Assembly: GCA_031385045.1 (NCBI GenBank)
Contig: JANNBC010000040.1
Coordinates: 1 to 32,901, forward strand
From: a bacterium
GTDB lineage: Bacteria; Bdellovibrionota_C; UBA2361; CALJRW01
Direction: 5' to 3'
DNA length: 32,901 nt
Part shown: positions 1-7,745 of the stretch, one piece after another
How the letters are laid out: the number at the start of each line of letters is the position of its first letter
How positions within the stretch are numbered: the first letter of the stretch is position 1
The notes under the pieces: generated by a model
Told to the model about the DNA's origin: nothing
Database searches by the model: none
What the model saw: only the letters and a program-made list of their open reading frames with translations
Position numbers and translations under genes: made by a program

Positions 1-84
1 AGAAAGCTACTAATTACTTTAAATGCGATGGTGCGGGACGGAAAACAATGGTCTAGTGACCGATATTTAACTCAACATATTTAA
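1..84 (+). CDS. IS110-family transposase/recombinase, C-terminal end (5'-partial)
   Basis: Frame 1 reads RKLLITLNAMVRDGKQWSSDRYLTQHI* (TAA 82-84). RKLxxxLNAMxRDG..W is the characteristic C-terminal motif of IS110/IS492-type transposases. Confidence 0.8.
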   Translation, partial: RKLLITLNAMVRDGKQWSSDRYLTQHI

Positions 85-125
85 AACATTTAATTGTTTT
101 TTTATTGACTATTAACAGAGTCTCT
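1..125 (+). mobile_element. Right end of IS110-family insertion sequence
   Basis: The transposase stop is followed by a short tail with a -35-like TTGACT (105-110) and ends ...CAGAGTCTCT (about 125). The sequence then switches to a 17-mer also found at 7254-7270. The exact end is inferred. Confidence 0.6.
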
Positions 126-239
126 AATGGGTTTTAGTATAAATTCAGATTATTCACAGAGCAACTAATAAGTCGCGCGCAAAACTCGATGCTCAAACTA
201 GCGTATTTTTGCTGAGTTCTGCCAAAAACAATTCAGAAT

Positions 240-522
240 CAAAAGACTTTTTATAATGATTACACACCAAGACCCAATTAGACCATGTAGCCGTTCACGT
301 GCTAGGTAAAAGTCTTTTGCCAAGATACTCAAAGAAAGCAGATCCAGCTGTTTCTTTGTCAAAATCTGAACGATTTTGTCCAGTGGTGTGAACGGCTAGT
401 CGTCTCTCCCCCTTCGCTAAAGCTACGGAGGACAAGCTACCCCCAATTTACTTCGTAAATTCACCCCTTAAAGGGGATTTGAACTTTCTTTATAATGACT
501 ACCTGAACGCTTACTAGACCAT
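240..522. repeat. Palindrome-rich intergenic tract (REP/REPIN/MITE-like or structured RNA)
   Basis: Perfect inverted repeats 240-251/308-319 (CAAAAGACTTTT) and 288-298/388-398 (TAGCCGTTCAC). Inner hairpins at 330-358 and 360-378, REP-like hairpins at 411-431, 445-461 and 464-476, and an imperfect direct repeat at 250-286/489-522. Confidence 0.6.
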
Positions 523-692
523 TTAATTCCACGGCTAACTATCTTAAAATATTAGGATTTTAAGTAAACCTGTTCCCAAGGTTAGGGTCAAAGTTGCTAA
601 ATATTTGAGGAAAATACCTAACTATTAGCATCCAAAACGTGTTGTAGTCTTTTTATTAAAACTGTTATTTTTATTTATCATTTCAAATTATT

Positions 693-1445
693 GTGACGGC
701 TACTTCTACCAATCCCATCGCACTAGTCTTAGATTTTTCGACCTCCTTAAAGGAGCAATACCAAACAACATCAATGCTACTCCCAGAAGTCGCTTGGATT
801 TTATATGACAAAACTAATCAGCAAATTATCAAACGTGGGCATTACGCAATTAATCTAAATACCAAAGAGCCAAAATCTAAGGTCTATGCTAGTGAATATA
901 TATTAGAAGATATTAATCAAATCCTCAAAAATTATCAGTCACCAGAAATCGTACTAGATGATCATCAGTCAACACTAAGACTCAATAAGAATTTACTAAC
1001 CCCAAACCTACAAATAGAAAACTCTAAATATTTTTCAGTCCTAGAAGACTATCAAGAAAAAACAGATTTACCATGTGATACCTTAGAAGAAGTTTTACAC
1101 CGACAAGGACTAACAGAGAATAATCAACCACTTACGAACCTAACGGTTAGAACAAATAAAATTTTAGAATATTACTTAAAATCAACAGCCCGAAAGGAAC
1201 GGGAACAGCCCTACTCCTTTGTGCCGGATCAAATTAAATCTGACACGTTACAACCGCACGCCCCTAAGTCAGCCACACCAAGTATCTGGGTAATTATTAG
1301 CCAATATTTTTTAGGGCTCAATCTAATGGGCGCGCTAATACTTGGGTTACAGATCATGCTGAGTAGCGATCAACTAAAACTACTTGCTTATCTCTTAATT
1401 GGACTAGTAGTCAGTATCTTTATAATTAAACATTTAAAAAGATAA
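693..1445 (+). CDS. Membrane-anchored protein with degenerate DEDD/DnaQ-like exonuclease N-terminal domain and two C-terminal TM helices
   Basis: LVLDFSTS...PEVAWILYD...IIKRGHYAIN resembles the DnaQ-like ExoI region (xxDxETTG...QxAWxxYD) with the Glu lost. The hydrophobic C-terminus fits two helices. GTG start. Confidence 0.5.
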   Translation: MTATSTNPIALVLDFSTSLKEQYQTTSMLLPEVAWILYDKTNQQIIKRGHYAINLNTKEPKSKVYASEYILEDINQILKNYQSPEIVLDDHQSTLRLNKNLLTPNLQIENSKYFSVLEDYQEKTDLPCDTLEEVLHRQGLTENNQPLTNLTVRTNKILEYYLKSTARKEREQPYSFVPDQIKSDTLQPHAPKSATPSIWVIISQYFLGLNLMGALILGLQIMLSSDQLKLLAYLLIGLVVSIFIIKHLKR

Positions 1446-1447
1446 CG

Positions 1448-2614
1448 ATGCACTCTCAAGAAATACGACAAGCAAAACACTCGCTCTATCTTTACTCAAG
1501 AAAATCTCCCTCGATTTCTCAACTAAAAGAACTATTAATGCATCGCCAGCACTATCAAATTGACCTGCAAATTATTTTAGTAAACCCAATTACTAATCAT
1601 AAGAAATTAAAACTTCTAGAGAAGATAATTAAACTTGGAAGTGATGTTTACTATCAACCCGAAGATTTCCAGACTCCATTTAAAAGTTTTTTAATTACAG
1701 ATCTATCTAAGTCTTTAGATCTGCACTCGCAGCTAGTAAATGAGACCGAAGAAATAACTCAGAACTTTCTAGATAGGTTTTATTACTTACGAGCTAACAG
1801 CAAGTTAATTTCCAAAGACCATTTCTATAAATACCCTAAGATTTCATTTTACACGAGCAACACGGAAGTCATTACTGGATCTAGTATAGAATATTTTTGG
1901 AAAGTCGAGGATCTTCCTCCAAAAACAACTACCTACCTTTGGGTTAATAATCAGCCTGTTAGTAATAGTGGCACGGGAACAATCTGTGTTGATTACCCTC
2001 AATTCTTAACACTTAGACTTTATGCTCCAAACGAGTTTTGCTTTACACGAGTTCTAAAAATTAAAAATATTACGGCAGAACCACAAATTTCATTCTATGC
2101 TGACAGGCAAGTTGTTTTTAGTAATGACAAGCTAGCGACTCTTTACTGGCAAGCAGAACTGGCAGAAGAAATTCAATTAAATGGCGTAGGAGTAGTCTCT
2201 AAACAGGGACATAAAACAATCGAAGTCTCCGCGGATACTAGTTATACACTGACCGTCAAAACAAGAACTGGCACAATTCAAAAGGTAGTAACTTTGAAAT
2301 ATTTAGATCTAAAACAAAGCCAATTTGTTAATATTCATATCTCAGCTCCATTACTCACTGAGCCAAAGTCTTATCCTATTGCTAATCAGCTTGCGAAACC
2401 TAATCTACAACTGATACCAGCTGTAGATTTAGCCAATTACCCGCTTGGCTTAAAAACTCTATTCACCGAAAGTCAACTGACAGAGAACTCTCCGCGACTT
2501 AGTAAATTAAGTTTAAACATCAACACCTCTGCTTTGTTTGCCCAATTAAACTCAGAGGAAAAAGAAACTCAAATTTTAAACAATTCAAAGGAACAAGAAA
2601 ATGAAACTAATTAA
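1448..2614 (+). CDS. Protein with degenerate PLD-like N-terminal domain and two Ig-like beta-sandwich repeats
   Basis: IRQAKHSLYLY...LQIILVN...LGSDVYY...FKSFLITD follows the single-domain PLD pattern but lacks HxK. Repeats PKISFYTSNTEVITGSSIEYFWKVE and PQISFYADRQVVFSNDKLATLYWQAE...TSYTLTV. Confidence 0.5.
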   Translation: MHSQEIRQAKHSLYLYSRKSPSISQLKELLMHRQHYQIDLQIILVNPITNHKKLKLLEKIIKLGSDVYYQPEDFQTPFKSFLITDLSKSLDLHSQLVNETEEITQNFLDRFYYLRANSKLISKDHFYKYPKISFYTSNTEVITGSSIEYFWKVEDLPPKTTTYLWVNNQPVSNSGTGTICVDYPQFLTLRLYAPNEFCFTRVLKIKNITAEPQISFYADRQVVFSNDKLATLYWQAELAEEIQLNGVGVVSKQGHKTIEVSADTSYTLTVKTRTGTIQKVVTLKYLDLKQSQFVNIHISAPLLTEPKSYPIANQLAKPNLQLIPAVDLANYPLGLKTLFTESQLTENSPRLSKLSLNINTSALFAQLNSEEKETQILNNSKEQENETN

Positions 2615-3764
2615 TCATTTTTTATGGTGGTGCGCTGGCGCCAATACTCAAATCTTAACTCGCTACCCGAGCGATCATGCCAAATATTTTGGTATGGGGT
2701 TAACAATCTTTCTAACCTCTGTTATGGCTTTCGGTGCTGGAGGATACGCTTTCCATACAGTATTTGAAGATCAGCAAAATGCTTTACTCTTTGGTCTCTT
2801 TTGGGGACTAGTAATTTTTAACTTAGATCGTTATATCGTGAGCACCACCGGACGTGGCGATGGGACTCCCAGAATTACATTTAGCGAAGCGATCACCGCT
2901 TTCCCGCGACTAATGATGGCTATCCTACTTGGCTTTATTATCTCCACACCACTTGAACTCCGAATCTTTCACAGCGAAATTGAGATTGAAATTAGTGAAG
3001 AAAAAAGTCGTAATTTAGAAAAGAATACTGAACAGCTAAATGTAAATGATCAGAAAATTACTGAACTAAAAAAGGATATTGAAAGTTTAAACTTAGAGAT
3101 TTCCGAACAGAAGAAGCTCTATAATACTTATCGTGACGAGTATATTAAAGAAGGTGACGGAAGTGGCGGAAGTGGCAAAGTTGGAATTGGCTATCGTTAC
3201 CAAGATAAACTAGAAAGATTTAATCAATTTCGCTCAGAATTTGAAGCCTTTAAAAAGGAGCGAGAATTTGAAATTGAAGATAAAAGAAATAAAATCTTAG
3301 AAATCAGCAATAACAAAGAGCAAACAAAGCAAACCCTCGATGAAACTTATGGTAAAGCTGATAAGCTTTTATCAAAAATTCAAGCCTTACACCGAATCAC
3401 CGAAAGAGACCCAGTAGCTTTTTGGATTAAGTGGCTAATTACAATTCTATTTATTTTTATTGAAGTATCCCCTGTTTTATTTAAGATGATGTCGGAATCA
3501 GGAGCTTACGAAGACTGGCTTTATAGTTATAAAAATCAACAGAAAGAAGCAGCCCGAGTTCTAGAAGTCAAAGCTAAAATTGAAGCTGACTATGAAATTG
3601 AAATCGCTAAAATTAAAAATCAGGAAAGAACCGATCAGGAACTTAAATTAAACCGAGAGATTCTTAATCAGATTTATGAATCACAGCTAGCCGTGGCTAA
3701 ATCACAGCTAACTGCTTGGCAAGAGAGCGAAGTTACTAAATCAGAATTAAAGAAATTAATCTGA
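2601..3764 (+). CDS. DUF4407-family membrane protein with long coiled coil
   Basis: FLWWCAGA, FGLFWGLVIFNLDRYIVS, PRLMMAILLGFIISTPLELRIFHSEI, EGDGSGGSGKVGIG and LFIFIEVSPVLFKMM are hallmark DUF4407 motifs. Confidence 0.85.
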   Translation: MKLINHFLWWCAGANTQILTRYPSDHAKYFGMGLTIFLTSVMAFGAGGYAFHTVFEDQQNALLFGLFWGLVIFNLDRYIVSTTGRGDGTPRITFSEAITAFPRLMMAILLGFIISTPLELRIFHSEIEIEISEEKSRNLEKNTEQLNVNDQKITELKKDIESLNLEISEQKKLYNTYRDEYIKEGDGSGGSGKVGIGYRYQDKLERFNQFRSEFEAFKKEREFEIEDKRNKILEISNNKEQTKQTLDETYGKADKLLSKIQALHRITERDPVAFWIKWLITILFIFIEVSPVLFKMMSESGAYEDWLYSYKNQQKEAARVLEVKAKIEADYEIEIAKIKNQERTDQELKLNREILNQIYESQLAVAKSQLTAWQESEVTKSELKKLI

Positions 3765-5944
3765 TGAATCTCTATTCTCTGCTTAATAGGACCTCAATCC
3801 CATTTTTATTTGGCTGTCTAACAGCCTTAATTCTGGCTTTGCTATTCTCTAGAGCAGATCTAAATAAAATCTGGCTGTTTCAGCCTAAGAAAAACCATCA
3901 GAGCCTTACCTCTGGTACAAGTTCATTAGCCGAGATAGCCAGACTACCGGAAGGCGGTAAAATCTCCCTACCACATGGATTACCCCCTCAGGGAATAGCA
4001 GGAGATGATCAACAAATTAAAATACCAGATATGGAAATGCCAAATCTTGAAGGGCGAGAGGCAAGTAGCGAGGAGTCCTTAATTCTGCCCAAAGTTAATG
4101 CGTCTGATCACAGCTCTGAAAAATTGGTCGACGAAATAAATAGTGCGCAATTAGAAAAACCCTCCGATCTCTCGCCACAACAAAAAACAACTAACAAGTT
4201 AGCTAGGCAATTTAATTCTGCCAATCAAAATATTAATGACTTTTATTTTTTTGATCAACAGTTTTCTGCCAAAAAATTCACTGCGAAAGAAAAGCTGGCT
4301 TTAGCTCAAGCAATTACAACTAGCACCTCCAAACTTAATAATGATTATCAGGACTATCTAAAAGGAATTACAGGAAGAGAAAAAAGTAATTTCCAAACTG
4401 ATCAAAAAAACTGGGAGGAGAAACTAAGCCTTGACGCTAAGTTTCTTAAAGAAAACTATTCGGAAGATCTAGTTTTAAAAAATGCTTTCGATAAGCTTAA
4501 CGAACGAAACATTCTACTAGATAATTTAAAAGACAACTCCTCACTAACTAACGAGCTAACTGGAGTTTATAGCGACGGGGCTGGCGGAACACTGCTAGTG
4601 GAAGCATCAAAACCTCAAAGCTTCAAATTTAATTTAAAAGTCTTAAGAAATGCTAGGTATGCCAATGCTTCTGAAATTAGCGGAGAAGCTAAGATTGAAG
4701 ATGGGTTAGGCCTTTATATTAAGAATCATGCCAAAGCAGACGCAGCTAGTCGTGCTGAGGTTGTTAAAATATTTTTTAAAATCGAACCTCGCTTAATTAA
4801 AATTTCTAATTCTAATACAGATTATCTCTTTCCTCTTGGTGTAAGCTTAGATGGGAATTACCGAAAGATTTTTGAATCAACAAAAGATTATTATCTTACT
4901 GGGATCAAGGCAGATAGCTCTGAGACTGGGTCAAGTTTTATGAAGACAATTAGTCCCGAACAACTAGTCTCGGATTATAAAACTCAGTATGTAGTTGGAC
5001 ATAAATATTTAGAAGGGACAGATTTAATTCGTGATTACCAAAAAGCTAATTTTTGGCTAAGGAAATCGGCACTTGCTAAGTACCCCCCAGCAAACTTTGA
5101 TTTATATAAAATCTACGCCTATGGCTTAGGTCAAACAAAGAACGAAGAAACTGCCGCTCTTTATTTAAATCAAGCACGAGCTGGCAAACTGCCGGAAGCT
5201 TTTTTACATAGTGGGGTTGCGAGATTAAAAGGGGAAATCTATCCACAAAACTATCAACTTGCCCTAGCAGATTTAAATCAAGCTAAAGCCTTGGGAAATC
5301 CTGAAGCTAATTTAATTTTGGGACTAGTGTATCTTCACGGATTTGGCGTTCCACAAGATACCGAACAGGCCTTGCAATTACTCCACCTAGCAACTGAGCA
5401 AAAAGTCTCCGAAGCTTACACGATTCTAGGAGACATTTACCAAGATTCTACTTATCAGCTCCAAGATCTAATGAAGAGCACTGCTTATTATGAGCAAGGT
5501 CACATAGCTGGCAATCAAAATTCTAGTTTAAACTTTGCCTTACAACTGATGAAATCTAAGCAAGCAAAAACTCAACAAGAAGGCTTAAGGATATTAAAGT
5601 ATTTAGCTGATAGTGAACACCCAGGTGCAGAATTTCAGTATGCAAATTATTTAATATCTAAACTAGGAGAAGATGATAGCCTAGCGATCCCCTTAACATA
5701 TCTTCGAAATGCAGCGGAACAGGGACATATTAATTCCTATTATCTGCTAGGTGTATTTTATGAGAGCCCCCGCTTAAAAAACAATTACCCCAAAGCAATC
5801 ATGTACTACAATAAGGCAATCCTTGGTAATCATCCTGGCGCCTACAAAAGACTGGCTGAATTATATCGAACAGGCAAAGGAGTTCCGCTTGATCGCCAAA
5901 GAGCTGATTGGCTGCTACAGAAGTCGATTGATCTTGAATCGTAA
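3764..5944 (+). CDS. Sel1-like repeat protein with N-terminal TM anchor and probable LprI/DUF1311-like domain
   Basis: N-terminal hydrophobic helix. KLNNDYQDYLKGITGREKSNFQTDQKNW resembles LprI. About 8-9 Sel1 repeats, e.g. ANLILGLVYLHGFGVPQDTEQALQLL and LAELYRTGKGVPLDRQRADWL. TGATG overlap with the upstream gene. Confidence 0.85.
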   Translation: MNLYSLLNRTSIPFLFGCLTALILALLFSRADLNKIWLFQPKKNHQSLTSGTSSLAEIARLPEGGKISLPHGLPPQGIAGDDQQIKIPDMEMPNLEGREASSEESLILPKVNASDHSSEKLVDEINSAQLEKPSDLSPQQKTTNKLARQFNSANQNINDFYFFDQQFSAKKFTAKEKLALAQAITTSTSKLNNDYQDYLKGITGREKSNFQTDQKNWEEKLSLDAKFLKENYSEDLVLKNAFDKLNERNILLDNLKDNSSLTNELTGVYSDGAGGTLLVEASKPQSFKFNLKVLRNARYANASEISGEAKIEDGLGLYIKNHAKADAASRAEVVKIFFKIEPRLIKISNSNTDYLFPLGVSLDGNYRKIFESTKDYYLTGIKADSSETGSSFMKTISPEQLVSDYKTQYVVGHKYLEGTDLIRDYQKANFWLRKSALAKYPPANFDLYKIYAYGLGQTKNEETAALYLNQARAGKLPEAFLHSGVARLKGEIYPQNYQLALADLNQAKALGNPEANLILGLVYLHGFGVPQDTEQALQLLHLATEQKVSEAYTILGDIYQDSTYQLQDLMKSTAYYEQGHIAGNQNSSLNFALQLMKSKQAKTQQEGLRILKYLADSEHPGAEFQYANYLISKLGEDDSLAIPLTYLRNAAEQGHINSYYLLGVFYESPRLKNNYPKAIMYYNKAILGNHPGAYKRLAELYRTGKGVPLDRQRADWLLQKSIDLES

Positions 5945-5946
5945 AC

Positions 5947-6657
5947 TTACTTAGAATTTTTGATACTATGTAAGACATTTAATTTCTGCCAGATTTTTCC
6001 AGAGAGCCCTGTGGTCAAACCTTCAATCTCGTCAACTGAATCTAAAATAGTTGGATCATCTAAATGTTTTAAATAAAGCGCAGCTAACTTTCCAACTAGC
6101 GATAACATTTCACTACAATAAGTCAAATACCTACCAAGCTGAAACTCATCCATCGGAAGTTTAGGAGAAGATGCTGTGGAAATTAATTTATTCTGTAATC
6201 TTTCAGGATCTTTAGTTAACTGATGCATGTCAATGACATGTGCAATCGAACGTAAAACATGGAGTGACTTTAGCGCCCGAGCTCTTTTAATGCGCTCTTC
6301 AAAGGTAACTAAAAAAAAGATTCCAACACCCACTAGGACAACATCATTCATTCCTGATTCCAAGACTTGAATAAACTCAAAGAAGTGAAATTGCTCGGGT
6401 AGTTTTGCTGCGTAAAAAAGACTGAGTACTCCCAAACCTAATAGGGCGATTAAAAAATAAGTTACGACTCGAATCCAAAGGATTGGCTGATCTAATTCAA
6501 TGATTTTTGCATTTAGGTCCTGCGCAGTCTTTAACAAGGACTTAGAAACATCCTCTAGTCCTGAACCTGGAAAGCGTTCGTGAATCCGCTCCGATAAAAC
6601 ACCTATTGTTTGAATAATGGCATCTGAGTCTAGTTCAATATTAGTAGTCCTATCCAC
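5947..6657 (-). CDS. Conserved hypothetical membrane protein (2 TM)
   Basis: 236-aa ORF with two hydrophobic segments and conserved-looking blocks RIHERFPGSGL, SIAHVIDMHQLTKDP and RYLTYCSEMLSL. Confidence 0.75.
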   Translation of the reverse strand: MDRTTNIELDSDAIIQTIGVLSERIHERFPGSGLEDVSKSLLKTAQDLNAKIIELDQPILWIRVVTYFLIALLGLGVLSLFYAAKLPEQFHFFEFIQVLESGMNDVVLVGVGIFFLVTFEERIKRARALKSLHVLRSIAHVIDMHQLTKDPERLQNKLISTASSPKLPMDEFQLGRYLTYCSEMLSLVGKLAALYLKHLDDPTILDSVDEIEGLTTGLSGKIWQKLNVLHSIKNSK

Positions 6658-6660
6658 TAA

Positions 6661-6990
6661 TTATTCTTCATCATCAAATTCAACTGCGCGCCATTCACCC
6701 CCTGGCTCCCGTTCCCAAAAAGTTCCAATTGGCTCTTCTAAGATTTTTTTAATTGTGGGATCTTGATCAAGAAAGAAATTAAGCGAACAAACTGTAAAGT
6801 GGCTTAGGTCATCGACATAATCTTCATCTTCTTCCCCACTCCAAAAATGCCACCCAGAATCATACTCATTATTAATATCAGTGCGAAAGGCGTAGCAGAC
6901 TGGACTAGCTTCCTCCCCTAGCACCATGCCAGAAGCTAAAACTAGTGGTGCCATCTTGGCAAAGGTTTCATCAATTTCATCTCTAGACAT
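6661..6990 (-). CDS. DUF2185 / Imm33-like immunity-family protein
   Basis: Motifs VCYAFR...DSGWHFWSGEEDEDYVDD...DPTIKKILEEPIGTFWER. AGGAG RBS upstream. Confidence 0.8.
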   Translation of the reverse strand: MSRDEIDETFAKMAPLVLASGMVLGEEASPVCYAFRTDINNEYDSGWHFWSGEEDEDYVDDLSHFTVCSLNFFLDQDPTIKKILEEPIGTFWEREPGGEWRAVEFDDEE

Positions 6991-7104
6991 ACAAGCTCCT
7001 TAAACAACAGTAAGGATAATTTACTATTTTAGAACTTTAGTCGCTAGTGTATTTATACTAGGCGACATTATAAATTACTATTCTAAAATTAGTTGCCTAG
7101 TATA

Positions 7105-7177
7105 TCAAGCGCGAAGCGCTTGAAGCGACCCAAGGGGGTCGCTCAGGCTAAAATGCTTATTTGATAAGCATTTTAGC
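7105..7177. repeat. Three tandem REP-like hairpins
   Basis: TCAAGCGC-gaa-GCGCTTGA (7105-7123), AGCGACCC-aagg-GGGTCGCT (7124-7143), and a 14-bp perfect stem GCTAAAATGCTTAT-ttg-ATAAGCATTTTAGC (7147-7177). Confidence 0.7.
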
Positions 7178-7191
7178 TGGGGAAAACAAAG

Positions 7192-7270
7192 ATACTAAAA
7201 CCCCAATCAACTAAAAATGCGATTCGCATTTTTCCTAGCAGTTCGATAAAACTTAATGGGTTTTAGTATA
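7192..7270. repeat. MITE-like element with 12-bp terminal inverted repeats
   Basis: ATACTAAAACCC (7192-7203) and GGGTTTTAGTAT (7258-7269) enclose the hairpin AAAAATGCGA-t-TCGCATTTTT (7213-7233). The right end is identical to 125-141. Confidence 0.6.
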
Positions 7271-7291
7271 TGAGATTTTTAGCTAAGAAGA

Positions 7292-7606
7292 TTAGGCATC
7301 GAACTCTGTTTTCTTGCCGAAAACAACAGTATGACAATCAATTACTGTGTTACCACTTTCCATATCGATGATTGTAGAAACAAAGATTGCGGGATCAAAA
7401 GAACGTCTTTTAATTAATTCAACTTTTTCGATGGATGTTAAATTTAAGTAAGCTTTAATTGTGAAGTTAATTTCCACTAAAACTTCACCTGGCTGGTCAT
7501 TAATAATATTTGTAATCATGCCGTAAATTGGATATGTTTCTCCAATTTTAACGCTCCCTGGTTCTACGCTTAATCCGTATTTTGATAAGAAATTTTCATT
7601 ATTCAT
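7292..7606 (-). CDS. Hypothetical protein (small, beta-rich)
   Basis: 104-aa ORF with ATG and a strong AAGGAG RBS. No family recognised. Confidence 0.75.
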   Translation of the reverse strand: MNNENFLSKYGLSVEPGSVKIGETYPIYGMITNIINDQPGEVLVEINFTIKAYLNLTSIEKVELIKRRSFDPAIFVSTIIDMESGNTVIDCHTVVFGKKTEFDA

Positions 7607-7621
7607 AAATTCTCCTTGGGA

Positions 7622-7659
7622 AGCGAAAACCTGGGAGGTGACCTGCGTTACCTCCCAGG
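7622..7659 (-). terminator. Probable intrinsic terminator downstream of mnmE
   Basis: 13-bp GC-rich stem 7630-7642/7647-7659 (one mismatch on the - strand), followed on the - strand by TTTTCGCTT. Confidence 0.55.
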
Positions 7660-7745
7660 AGTTTAACTTTTCTGGTTTACATTGACTAGTCAGTAATATC
7701 GCTGAAAGTGCTTCTAGTGTTGTCGTAGAATTCTAAGGAAGAGGC

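Noticed and set aside
150..158. DnaA box TTATTCACA, possible oriC
   Set aside because: Single box with no cluster and no dnaA nearby; expected by chance in AT-rich DNA.
240..522. CRISPR array or IS110 bridge RNA
   Set aside because: Only two imperfect repeat copies and no cas genes. The tract lies beyond the inferred IS end, and this IS110 subgroup usually carries its ncRNA upstream of the gene.
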